This document shows, piece after piece, positions 39,056-51,920 of a DNA stretch of 64,000 bases (the first letter of the stretch is position 1; the number at the start of each line of letters is the position of its first letter). This stretch comes from Chrysomallon squamiferum (lineage: Eukaryota; Animalia; Mollusca), in contig CM022668.1 in assembly GCA_012295275.1 (NCBI GenBank), forward strand, positions 12,958,001-13,022,000, written 5' to 3'. Both the position numbers and the translations under genes were made by a program. Below the pieces are notes generated by a model. It did no database searches, had not been told where the DNA came from, and worked only from the letters and a program-made list of their open reading frames with translations.

Positions 39056-39740
39056 TAATAATTAAATCTATAAAGCTGTTGTAATTATGAAGTGTCAGAC
39101 ATGCTAAAGTAGTCTGTATATTTTATCATAAATCTCTCTGGCAGAAAACAGCACTGAGATAGAAATATTACATAGATAATCACAGATTTGAAGATGAGCT
39201 GTTTTTTTGGTAAAAAGAAAAATCAGTTTAATTTTAGTCTTCCAAAAAAAAAAAAAAAAACCCAGAAGAAAAAGAGAAACAACAAGTAAGTCAACTTTTA
39301 AAGGTCAAACCTATATCCATAACTGATACGCCTGGAATAAATATTGACTTGGAGAGATTTTTTTTTTTTTTTTTGATTTGTGGAAGCCCTTTAATATTTT
39401 ATTCAACACAACCTTCATTAACAATTGCTTGATTCTCCAAATATTAATGATTTTCGGTGCAAAATCTTTTCTCCATAACATCATCACAGACAAAAACAAT
39501 GTGCAGTTTTTTTCAGCATCGACCAACAAATTGGCCATTATGATTTAGCTGAGAGCACGTTTGTTATTATTCCAGATAATTATCTCCAGTGTGTTATTCC
39601 TTGTATGACCTAGCCACCTGGTAAATATCGCCATTAATGTTAGTGATTGGTGTTTCTAAATGAAATAATTATATTAATGAATGGAATCGAGGTACTGGCT
39701 GTGGGTTGTAGATCAGTAATGAATTTCTTCGTCTTCTTTT

Positions 39741-39852
39741 ATTCGTTTTAGAAAATATATATATGTATGTATTTCAGTATTTCTTTAATATAAGATCTCC
39801 AAAATAGAAAAATACTCAATATTTCATTAATATATATATATGTATGTATGCG

Positions 39853-39883
<31 letters not shown>

Positions 39884-40463
39884 AAGATCTCTATATATAT
39901 ATATATACACATACAAGATCTCTAACATCAAAAAGAAAATAAGTAAAAAAAATATTAAAATGTTAAAATGTATATATATATATATATATTTATATTGGAG
40001 AGCTTGTGAATATTAAAGAACTATTGAGTATCTTAGTATTTTTAACATTTTTTTTACTTATTTTCTTTTTTAACTTTTTTATGTGTTTTGTTTTCATTTT
40101 TTTTTTCTTTTTGATGTTAGAGATCTTGTATATATATATATATATATATATATATTAATTAAATATTGAGTAATTTTCTATTTTGGAGATCTTATATTAA
40201 TGAAATATTGAAATACATACATACATATATTTTCTAAAACGAATATATATATATTTATATTGGAGAGCTTGTGGATATTAAAGAAATATTGAGTATCTTA
40301 TTATTTTTAATATTTTTTTATTTATTTTATTTTTTTGTTCAGTAATGGATAACGGTAACTGTTCAACGCAGCTAGAACATTTTTCTTTTTTTCTTTTTTT
40401 AAATTTCTTTTTTAACTTTTTTATGTGTTTTTTTTTTTTTTTTTTTTTTGATGTTAGAGATCT

Positions 40464-40501
<38 letters not shown>

Positions 40502-40555
40502 TGAAATATTGAGTATTTTTCTATTTTGGACATCTTATATTAATGAAATACTGAA
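39741..40555. repeat. Inverted duplication (39741-39965 vs 40040-40244) followed by a direct duplication (~39970-40215 vs 40245-40555)
   Basis: attcgttttagaaaat...aagatctccaaaatagaaaa...caagatctctaacatcaaaa is the reverse complement of ttttgatgttagagatcttg...ttttctattttggagatctt...attttctaaaacgaat; tatattggagagcttgtg.. recurs at 39991 and 40256. Confidence 0.9.
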
Positions 40556-40703
40556 TGACAAAAGTGTTTTAAGAATCTGTATTGGTTAATTATGCTGAAT
40601 GACAAAAGTGTTTTAAGAATCTGTATTGGTTAATTATACTGAATGACAAAAGTGTTTTAAGAATCTGTATTGGTTAATTTTGCTGAATGACAAAAGTGTT
40701 TTA
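40551..40703. repeat. 44-bp minisatellite, ~3.5 copies
   Basis: ctgaatgacaaaagtgttttaagaatctgtattggttaattatg at 40551, 40595, 40639 and 40683. Confidence 0.95.
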
Positions 40704-40989
40704 CATCAATCTGTAACATCTTAATTATCTGAATATATCTGTTTTAAGAATATAAATTGTTGGAACATGCTGAATTACACAGTTGATGAAGGAGAGTTGA
40801 ACATCCCTGGTTCTGATATTTATCTATTGAATTCTTTATAAACTTTGAACTGTGACTTTTCTGTTGAAGAGAACAAGATGCTTTTAAATTTTATTATTCA
40901 TTTATTTGTTTCTGTGTTTTTCTGTTGAAGATAGTGGTTTTAAATTATTATGTGTTGTTATCTGTTTGGTTCTTTATTTTTATAATGTT

Positions 40990-41042
<53 letters not shown>

Positions 41043-41106
41043 ATATATATATATATGTATATATATGTATATACACACACATAAAACTATATATATATAT
41101 ATGTAT

Positions 41107-41146
<40 letters not shown>

Positions 41147-41282
41147 GTATATATATATATGTATATGTATGTATATATATGTGTATGTATAGGCACATGT
41201 GTATGTATAGGTATTTGTATATGTATGTATAGGTTATATGTATATGTATATGTCTATGTGTGTGTGTATATATATATATATA
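40990..41282. repeat. (TA)n/(TG) compound microsatellite
   Basis: Directly visible. Confidence 0.97.
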
Positions 41283-41634
41283 CTAAAAATAAGCTAATAT
41301 TCTGTAGGTTACTGTTATGTTTAGGTCACAGAGTGTGTGTGTCAGTTAGAAATCAGTTTTAATAAACAGGCTCAGCTGTTGTTTGAAATCCTTGAAATTT
41401 TAGTTTTTTATTGGAAAATAATTTATCCTTGACTGCTTTAATTTAATACAAGTTAATTTTGAATACTTAAGTCTACAGATGCTTCTGAAAACTGTTAATA
41501 TTGTGGTGATTTTTAATCAATTATTTTTGACATGCACTATATTTTTGAATAGAACAAATATGTAAATCTGAAAAAAAATGAAATTCTTTTCAAACATTAG
41601 AATTTAAGACCAGATTTAAAAAAAAAAAAAAAAA

Positions 41635-41667
<33 letters not shown>

Positions 41668-41959
41668 TTAAAAAATAATCAACATACTTTAAAACAAATT
41701 ATTTTGAAACAAAAAAAAAAAAAAAAACAACCCAAAAGAAATCTAAATTTAAAACAGACTGGACTAAATACAAGTCACTGACATCTTAAATTCAACTTAA
41801 TAGTCTAAATAACTCACTCAAAACCCAACCTTGAAACATGACCTGTATTCGTTTTATTGTCATTTAATTTATATTTTAAAATTGTTTTTTTTAAAAAACA
41901 TCTGTTGGCTAATTCAGATTTTAAAAAAAAATTTCACATGAATATTACCTCAACATTTT

Positions 41960-42900
41960 AAAATTTATGATTAAAAGAGAACAGGAGGCCTTTGTTGAAG
42001 CTACAGTTTTACAATTGAAATCTGGTGGAAGGTTGGCAACTTGACTTTGAAATATGTCAACAGCAAATTCTGCTCTCAGCAGGACAGAAATCTGCGGTAG
42101 AATTATGCTGATACCATCTCTGTTCAACTGCGAAATGTTATCAGTCCATTGTTGGTTCTTTTGGGAAATAAACAATACTGTAATCCCCTATTGTTTCATC
42201 ATTTGCTATCTTTGACTGCTTCAGTCATTTGTAACAATAGGTGTGGGCATAGTGAGGCTCTTCGAATATAACACAAACTCTTGAATTTCTGAAGCTACTT
42301 GGGCTGAGTCATTGAGCCTTGTGACAATTGCTAAGTCATAATCCAGGTATACATAGATTCGTATACCCTCAAGAGGTTTGTCAAATGATTTTACTGTAAG
42401 TTGACATCAAATGTTAATTACCTACAGAACTACTCAATTCTTTTGGCTATCAGGGTAAGGGGGTTAGTATCTAACACACTAACCAACTATACTACACTAA
42501 CAATTGTTCTCAAATAATTCAAGCATTGTTCTGTATGACCTGGACAGGTTTGTCAAACAATATGTCTGCATGGGGCACCCTCTCTGCGCCTGAACCTATT
42601 GTTATATATTACCGAAGCAGTCATATCTCTCTCATATCTCTGCAATCAAAGGTTTCTGTGCCAGGAAAGGCTTGTCCAAACCTTCAGTCTAGATAAGCAT
42701 ATATTTCTGCAGATTGATTGTTCAGTGACATCAAATGTTAACTGTACTTACATTCGATTCATCACAGTCCAGCATTATAAGACAGGTTAAATGGTTTTAT
42801 ATTAACTCATGGCTTTGAGGGTAGATTCTTAATTAACATCAGTTGGAGCCAATGTCAGCATGATTTGTTCAACAGATGAGTAAAGTAACTGAAGTGAAGA
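41960..42900 (-). mobile_element. Decayed DIRS/Ngaro-like (tyrosine-recombinase class) retrotransposon fragment with RT and RNase H remnants
   Basis: Minus-strand EGIRIYVYLDYDL (42330-42370; cf. GIRxxxYLDDGL), EFVLYSKSLTMPTPIVT (cf. GFxxNxEKSxxxPT), FISQKNQQWTDNISQLNRDGISI (cf. WIPRxxNxxADxLSK) and FAVDIFQS..LPPDFNC (cf. DxFASxxNxxLxRFNS), in the expected order with stops and deletions. Confidence 0.55.
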
Positions 42901-42999
42901 AAGAGCACGATGAGGACAAGATTTCATTTTGTATGAATATTGCTTGTCACATACAGTAAAATGGCCGAGTACATTTGGAATGGACAGTTGGTCAATGTT

Positions 43000-43285
43000 G
43001 TATGAAAATTATTAATACGATTTCATTATAGCTTATTAATAGCTTAACATATAATGTAGTTCAGAAACCATTACATATATATATTTTGCTTGTTATATTA
43101 TATGTAAATTTTTAATAGGTTTTCAGTTACTTATTAATAGCTGAACATATAATGTAGTTCAGAAAGCTTTGTATGTATATTGCTTTATGTGGATAGTTGG
43201 TGAATGCTGTATGTAAATTATTAATGTGTTTTCAGTTAATTATTAATAGCTTAACAATATGATGAAGTTAAGAAACCTTTTTATT
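43000..43285. repeat. Degenerate ~110-bp tandem repeat
   Basis: ttattaatagcttaacatataatgtagttcagaaa occurs three times. Confidence 0.8.
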
Positions 43286-44767
43286 CTGTCTGTGTGTATC
43301 TGTGTGTACTAGTCTGTATATATCTGTGTGTACAGTGTTTATAAAATTATAATTAAATACATTTTAAATGGCTCAAAAGAAAAGTTATTTGTTTTAGATT
43401 TTTATGACTCAGATACAGTTATTTTATTTCAATACTAACAAGCATCCCCCGCATTTACTTATGCCCTGTATCTTCAATAAAATATGCATACATTTACATA
43501 CAGATGCAAAGCATAAATAATTATATAGCCACCCACTGTTAAAACGATCATTAAGAGAGTTATTAATATCGTTACAATTAACATCAGGCTTAATTCATAA
43601 TTCAGATTCGAGATTAAACAAAATCGGTTCATGTTTAAATGCAACAGATTAAAAGAAAATAAATAAATAAATAAAAAATAATAAATAACATATTATAATA
43701 ATAAAATTAAAAACCAAAATAACATAAAAGAAAACAACAACAATAAAACTTGGCTTCATAAACAATAGCAGCAAGATAATGAAAACAAATGTTAAAAAAA
43801 AAAGAAAAAAAGTTTATAACAAATGGATCATCAGTCACATTTCCTCAGAAACAAACTGTCAAAAATAAAATGAATCACAACTACTGATAAACATTTAGCA
43901 AAAGCTAATAATAGTACACTGTAAATGATGCATTAGAAATTTTAATTTGTTTTTTCCTGTGTATGAGTGGGTGCAATTAAGAGATTCTGATGACACTGAT
44001 GAGTAACACACAGGATGACAACAGCAGTTTGTTCTTTCAGATCATATTTCTATCTGTCTGTCTGTCTGTCTGACTGTCTGCCTTACAGTCTCTATCAGTC
44101 TCTCTGTCTGTCTATATCTTTATATTTATGGTATCTATATTTTTAGCTGTCATATCTGTCTATCTATCTGTTTGTCTGTCTGTGTTACAGTCTTTGTCAG
44201 TCAGTCGTTCTCTATCTATCTTTTTATCTGTCTGTGTATCTGTATATTTGTCTATCTCTCTCTATCTGTTTAGATAAGTAAATATTTGACATTCTGATAT
44301 TCTAACCATTTATAAATAAACTTTGCCTTATAAAAAAAAAAAAAAAAAAAAAAAAATTAAGATCCTTAGCTCCATTAATTCTTTTTTTATGATAATTTTT
44401 CTTTCGTGTAACCTCAATTACCTTCCAAAAAAAAAAAAAAAAAGAAAAAACATTCTCTGAAACCAACAATTCAGTTTGAATGAAAGGCATTTCTTTTTCA
44501 TCCACATAATATTTATCATTTTCTATCTTCTTTTTTTTTTTCCGGCTGTGAACTAGTTCACACCTTTGTTTACCTTTTTACCCTTTTCTCATCAGTAAAT
44601 ATAATCAGAAAAGAATGTCAGTGCTTTGTTACTGTTCACTGGTTTACAAAGCAGACAAGACAGACACAATGGTGGTAAAAAAATGTGTTTTACCTGAATT
44701 GTGAAGGTTAAAATACATGTCTAGATTCCCACCTTTTGTATCTGAACTTACAGTGCATAGCTATCTA

Positions 44768-44810
<43 letters not shown>

Positions 44811-44871
44811 GTATTTATGTATAGGTGTGCATTTGTGTTCACGTGTGTGTATATATTTTTATGTCTGTTTG

Positions 44872-44932
<61 letters not shown>

Positions 44933-45014
44933 AAGTGTCATCAATGTAACAAACAAACACACACACACACACAGTAACAAAGCGCACAAACACACACACA
45001 CACACACATACATA

Positions 45015-45249
45015 CATGGTGGTCCAAAAGTAGGTAGGTGGACAGTAAATGATAACATTTATTTTGAGATTACATACACAATTAAATTTACTCCAAAAGT
45101 GGGTGGACAAGTATTAAATTTAAGTAATTGTAGTTATAAAATTTTAAATAATGTAGCCCAATGCCATAGCAACATAGTTATAATGAACGCCATTGTAATA
45201 ATATAACCCTAACCCTAACCCACATACTGTTCAACTACTTTTGGACCCC

Positions 45250-45253
<4 letters not shown>
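45015..45253. mobile_element. ~240-bp MITE with Tc1/mariner-type terminal inverted repeats, inserted in a (CA)n tract
   Basis: Left TA-CATGGTGGTCCAAAAGTAGG..GGACAGTA; right TACTGTTCAACTACTTTTGGACCCCCCTC (reverse complement); internal partial TIR copy at ~45091-45113; no coding capacity. Confidence 0.75.
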
Positions 45254-45306
<53 letters not shown>

Positions 45307-45664
45307 ACATACATATATTCAACATGCACGTACATATTCATCTATATCTCAGTATATTGCCTACTAATCCATTTATAACATTCAATATATGTATATGTGC
45401 GTGTATATATATATATATATATATATTAATAGCAACAGCTGTTTGACAGATCTCTCTGATTGTTCAGTGTAAGAAGTGGGTGGGAGTGTGATGAATTGTT
45501 GATGTTTTCCATTCTGTCACATCCGTAGAATTTGTTTTCTTTGCAGTAAGAATTATAAAAATGTGTTTGTATGACATATAAACTAAAAATAATCACTGTT
45601 GCCTTTTCCCCAGGTTTGGGCATGAACATAATCATTCATATCCCACATACCTTTTGAAATACAT

Positions 45665-46312
45665 GTGTTTTAATATTAGAGGTCAAGTTACTTTTTTTTT
45701 GTAACTGTTAAACAATATTGAACTGTATTTTAATATAAAGAAGAAAGTAACAATACTGAACTGTATTTTAATATAAAGAAGTCACGGTTACTTTGTTTTG
45801 TAACTGTTACACAATATTAAACTGTATTTTAATATAAAGAAGTCACGGTTACTTTGTTTTGTAACTGTTACACAATATTGAACTGTATTTTAATATAAAG
45901 AAGTCACGGTTACTTTGTTTTGTAACTAAAGAAGTCAAGGTTACTTTGTTTTGTTACTGTTACACAATATTGAATTGTATTTTAATATAAAGAAGTCAAG
46001 GTTACCTTGTTTTGTAACTGTTACACAATACTGAATTGTATTTTAATATAAAGAAGTCACGGTTACTTTGTTTTGTAACTGTTACACAATATTAAACTGA
46101 ATTTTAATATAAAGAAGTCAAGGTTACTTTGTTTTGTTACTGTTACACAATATCGAACTGTATTTTAATATTAAGAGGTCAATGTTACTTTACATTGTAA
46201 CTGTTAAACAATATTAAACTATATTTTAGTATTAAAAGGTCAAGGTTACTTTGCTTTGTTACCTGTTGAACAATAACAAACAATTTTTTTTTTAATATTA
46301 AAGTCAAGGTTT
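45665..46312. repeat. 61-bp minisatellite, ~10 copies
   Basis: aagaagtcacggttactttgttttgtaactgttacacaatattgaactgtattttaatata; gtcacgg at 45781, 45842 and 45903. Confidence 0.96.
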
Positions 46313-46719
46313 TCTTCATATAATAAACTTAACAATGTATTTCTCTGATTACATTGTCATAATCAGTACCTATAGTTTATTTAATTACAGAAAAAAAATA
46401 TATAATATTAAACATTATTAATATCCTGTTTATTTAACAGCCGGCAAGCAGTGTCAAACTACATTTTGTTTGATTAAAAAGAAAATGCTACATAAGCTCC
46501 AGGCTGTCATTAATATTTTGTTTAGCATTCTAGATATGACTGTGTGTGTGTTTGTGTGGGTGTGTGTGTGTTTCTGTGTTTATTATGGAGTCGAGTATCT
46601 TGAGGACATAAATTAACTCGTGTTGTGGTGGGCTTTGTGAAAACATAACAGTTAAATCTCTGAAGGACACGAAATGATCATGTTGTGGGCAGTATTGGAA
46701 AAAGAAGAATTTTGAAGCA

Positions 46720-47030
46720 GTGTGTGTGTGTGTGTGTGTAAGCATTTTTAGGTGTTTGTGTGTGTGTTTACGTGTGTGTGTGTGTGTGTTTAGGTGTGCA
46801 TGTGTGAGTTTAGGTGTGTGTGTGTGCGCGTAAGCATTTTTAGGTGTGTATGTGTGTTTAGGTGTGTGTGCTTAAGCATTTTTAGGTGTGTATGTGTGTT
46901 TAGATGTATGTATGTGTGCATTTAGGTGTGTGTATGTGTGTGTGTGTGTGTGTGTTTAGGTGTGTGTGTGTGTGTGTGTGTGTTTAGGTGTGTATGCATC
47001 TGTGTTTAGGCGTGGTTTTGTGTGTGTGTG
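46720..47030. repeat. (TG)n punctuated by TTTAGG units
   Basis: Repeated tttaggtgtgtg / taagcatttttaggtgt. Confidence 0.92.
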
Positions 47031-48223
47031 ACAGTGTATTGTATATAATTGTATATGTATCTGTTATTGTATGTTGTTATGTGTCTGCATGTGGTGTGAT
47101 TGTGTCTGTATATAATCATACATTAATATCCATCCATCCATTCACACACAAACAGACACAATCACACCACATGCAGACACATAACAACTACTTTACTTTG
47201 TTCCTATACATATCTCAACATGCAGATGCAGTTATAGAAACATTTCCCCATTAAGTTGAATACTTTATTAAATACTGTCATTACGCTTACATCTGGCACT
47301 AATTTGACATCTTTCTACCATCGCAAGGACAGCAAACCTAATCTGCGTCAGAGTTACACAATTCATCCTTAGAGGATTAAATCCACATGAACAGATGATA
47401 CCAGCATATGACAAAGCTTATGCGGATTAACAGAAAGTCAGGAGTTATGCCACAGAGTAAAATTTATTTGTTTTTCATCGTTTCTGTCTGTACTTGTAAT
47501 TTAAAGGGAAATTAAACGTCCTGTATATTTTATTTTATTTTATTTTATTTTATTTTTTTATTTATTTTTTTTATCCTGGTGTTGTGTTGTTGCAGTAATC
47601 AGAGCTCTTTAGTTTTGAAAAAAAAAAAATAAAAAAATAAAAAAATAATAATATGTAATGGTTGGTTTAAAGAACATTTTTGCCAGACTTGACAAATTAC
47701 ATTGATGATTCATTATAATTTTATATACTTTTGATATGATGTATAAAAGATCATGAAAATGTTGTGAACAATGACAGAACAGCATACAACATATTTAAAC
47801 ATTTATAATATCTTTGATATTTCTAATAATTAATTTTTTTTTTTTTTTTTTAAATGAAAATATTTAATAACCTGATTCTTGAAATGTGGATTACAAGTCC
47901 TTTGGTTCTATTTGCCATCTGTCTGCCATTTTTTCTTTATTTTTTTTTTTCACTCTATTTCTCTTTTCTCTCTTACTGTTTCTTTGTTTCTCTTTTTTTC
48001 TCTCTCTTTGCCTTTTCTCTTTTTCCATTTCACTGTTTCTCTTTCTTTCTTTCTTTCTTTCTTTCTTCTCTTTCTCTCGGTTTCTTTCTCTCCCTCTTCT
48101 TAATTTGAAACAGTATGGAAACACCTATGATCTGTCTTAGAACACTGTCACATTAACAGAAAGGAATATCTCAGGTGTTATTTAGAAAAGTTAATCTCAT
48201 CCTGCTGGTTTTCTTGTACCCAG

Positions 48224-48331
48224 ACATCCACAAGTGGTCCATGGTGTGAGTCTGGAGCCAGGGAAGAGGAAAAACCACAAGTGGCAAATGATGATGAGTT
48301 GTGTCAGAATAAAAGATTTCTGCAGTATGTG
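48224..48331 (+). CDS. Candidate in-frame cassette exon of the ORP gene (TSTSGPWCESGAREEEKPQVANDDELCQNKRFLQYV)
   Basis: TTTTCTTGTACCCAG acceptor, 108 nt without stops, GTG|GTAGGA donor in phase 0; competing out-of-frame donors exist. Confidence 0.3.
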
Positions 48332-48454
48332 GTAGGATTGTGGTTTATTTGCGATCATGTAGAAACTTGTAGAAGTCACGTTTATATAAGCAACAAGGGA
48401 GAGATGACGTATTGTGGGTTAAATACGTTGATAGTTATTGTTTTGTTCTGTGTT

Positions 48455-48621
48455 TTCTGTGTGTGTGTCTGTGTGTGTGCATGTGTGTGTGTGTGTGTGT
48501 TGTGTGTGTGTGTGTGTGTCTGTGTGTGTCTGTGTGTCTGTGTGTGTCTGTGTGTCTGTGTGTGTGTGTCTGTGTGTGTCTGTGTCTGTGTGTGTTTGTG
48601 TGTGTATCTGGATGGGTCTGT

Positions 48622-48676
<55 letters not shown>

Positions 48677-48692
48677 GGGTGTGTGTGTGTTT
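48455..48692. repeat. (TG)n/(TGTC) microsatellite
   Basis: Directly visible. Confidence 0.97.
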
Positions 48693-49294
48693 GTATATTT
48701 GTATATGGAACTTTATGTGTGTTTACATTTGTCATTATTTGGTTTGTTTAGATGCATATATATATATATATTAGTCTTTGTGTTTATCTGGATGTATCTG
48801 TGTATATGTCTTGTTTATTCAAGTACATATTTATTTGAATGTGTATATTTACATGTTTGTGAGTATCTGAATATTTACGAATATGTGTGTATTTGTTTAA
48901 GAATGCTGTAATACATTATAATAAATTATTTAGTTAAAAACACTGTCCTTTTAATAAAACACTTTTATATTCCTTATCCACTGTAACATACAGGTAAACA
49001 TCAGTTTTGTCTTATTGAATTACCTGTTAATTAAGCCGGATACCTTTATAGGTAAACGTCTCAGTTTTCTCACTACCTGTTGGTGTAAGGTTACCTTGAA
49101 ATGTGTTACAGGAAGATATCAAGTTGTCTGATTGTTTTAACTACAGGTAAGCCCATGATGACACACAGAACTTCCTACATATAATGTCTGGTCAGTTCTT
49201 TTAAAGTGTTAAAAATTATTTTCACCTGTTAATAATAGTTACACCTGGAAACCAAATGGTCAGTATTTTTTAAACTTGCTTTCATTTTTTATTA

Positions 49295-49370
<76 letters not shown>

Positions 49371-50989
49371 CTATTTGCATATTTTGGATTTATTTCAGAT
49401 AAATAAATAAATAATAATAGTAACAACAACTAAAGACAATAATAAGTGGTATTTAAAAATGAAATATATCCTCCATATAATCAGTATCTGGAAGCCATAA
49501 AGTTGTATATTTAAACTGAAAATCAATAAATAGTTTAAAACATTTCTGTAAAGGTGATTTGTAATTTTTTTTAATTTTTGGAATGTTTTAAAAACATCTT
49601 TTTTTTAAATTATTTATTTTTTTTAAAATTATTTTTGCCCTTAAAATGTTTTAATAAAATGTTGTTTTTTTTCCTCTTAATATCATTTTGTTTAAATCTT
49701 GTATTAGGTTTCAACTTTTAGGACTTTTTATTTTTATTTTTGGTGATTTTTAAATAATAATAATAATTACTACTATTATTATTATTATTGTTATTATGAT
49801 TATGATTATTATTATTATTATTACATTTTTTTTTGTTACGTATAATTTAATTCTGAATAAACACTCATCATTTAAAAGGAAATTTAAAATGCAGTTAGCT
49901 TGTATCAAACAAAACAGTAAACATAAAAAAAAAAAAAAAAAAAAAAAGAAAAGAAAAGCATTAAAAGAAAAAGTTAGCTGTTTGGAAAAATCAATTATCT
50001 TGTTCTCCTAAAGAATGTAATCATTTCTACTTAATCAATTCCTTTGAAAAAAACAAAAAAAAAACAATACATTTCTCAGACAAGTTTGAAAAAAAAAAAA
50101 AAAAAAAAAAAAGAGCAGAAGAAGAAAACACAATCTTTACTTAATGTTCTAGTGAGTCCAGATAATTTAAGAATTAAAATCCTTAATGTGTTCTTTAAAA
50201 AATGAATTCCGGTTTGATGTTACAATTTGAAAGTATGAAACAAAACCGGCATCCCTTACAACCATGTTATTCAGGCCAAAAAATATCCTCCCAGAACTCT
50301 CTCAAATCCCAGAATCCCAAAATCCTTCAAATGAGAACCTAACAGAAACAGATGCCAACTTGAGTAAATGAATAGTAGACTTGAACAGGATTCTTAACAT
50401 AATGGCTTACATCAAGTCCGGTATTTAAATACTCCTGAATGTGTCTGGACTTTCTATTCGAGGAATCTTCCTAAAATGTTATCACAGTTCAAATATAAGG
50501 AATCTTTAGAGTAACTAGAGTAGAAATCAACACAAGGAATACTTCTATAGTGATTCCAGACTTGAAAATATTTGAAGAATCATCACAGATACAGGTCTTG
50601 ACTCAATCAGAGGAATATTTTGCAGAATGATTGATCTAGATTCCTGCAATGAATATTCATAATACATTGTCTGAAACCTTCAGTGTCACTTCATTCTAAA
50701 TCCTGATAAAAGGAATCATCATCATAGACTGAAATACAAAGACTATTAGCAGAATGACAGAAAAGTCAATCTATATAATGATTTATGTGTTGTTTTAATA
50801 TACAAGGAATATTTCGATTGACTTGGGTGTAGAATTGAAAGCAAGGAATCTCTGTTTAATAATCAGACTGTAGTAAAAGAAATGATTAAACTATTGAAAC
50901 TAGATTTTTTAATACAAAGAATAGTTGGACTGGGATTGATTAAAAAAAAATAAAAATAGATTATTCAGTAAATGACTTTAATGTACATT

Positions 50990-51920
50990 CAGATACAAGG
51001 AATATTAGTTATTTTATCACTGATTCAAATACAAGGAATATTCAACAATAAAGTGATTGACTCATATACAAGGAATATTCAACAATAAAGTGCTTGACTC
51101 ATATACAAGGAATATTCAACAATAAAGTGCTTGACTCATATACAAGGAATATTCAACAGTGTCGTGCTTGATTTAAATACAAGGAATATTCTGTAATGTC
51201 ACTGACCAAATACAAGGAATATTTAACAATGTCATACTTGACTCAAATACAAGGAATAAACAACAGTAATGTCATGATTGATTTAAATGCAAGGAATATT
51301 CAGCAATGTCACTGATTAAAGACAAGGAATATTCAACAATAATGTGATGCATGATTCAAATTCAAGCAGTATTTAACAGTAATGTGATGCTTGATTCAAA
51401 TACAGGAATATTCAGCAATGTCACTGATTAAATACAAGGACTATTCAATAATAACGTGCATGATTCAAATACAAGGAATATTGAGCAGTGTCACTGATTA
51501 AATACACGGAATATTCAACAATAATGTCATGCTTGATTCAAATGCAAGGAATACTCAACAATGTCACGATTAACTCAAATACAAGGCACATTCAACAATA
51601 ACGTCATGCTTGATTCAAATGCAAGGAATACTCAACAATGTCACGATTAACTCAAATACAAGGCACATTCAACAATAACGTCATGCTTGATTCAAATGCA
51701 AGGAATACTCAACAAGGCATATTCAACAGTAATGTCACGCTTGATTCAAATGCAAGGAATACTCAACAATGTCACGACTGACTCAAATACAAGGCGTATT
51801 CAACAGTAACGTCAGGCTTGATTCAAATACAAGGAATACTCAACAATGTCACGACTGACTCAAATACAAGGCGTATTCAACAGTAACGTCACGCTTGATT
51901 CAAATACAAGGAATGTTCAC
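50990..51920. repeat. ~35-40-bp minisatellite with higher-order dimer; decayed copies extend upstream to ~50400
   Basis: Core aaatacaaggaatattcaacaat repeated more than 20 times. Confidence 0.95.

Noticed and set aside
43985-44030. CTGATGAG hammerhead-like core (also CTGATGA at ~32518)
   Set aside because: No stem II followed by GAAA and no closing stems could be formed.
50990-51920. ~37-bp periodic array resembling CRISPR (likewise 45665-46312 and 58230-59410)
   Set aside because: The sequence between cores is itself repeated rather than unique spacers, there are no cas genes, and the context is a eukaryotic intron.
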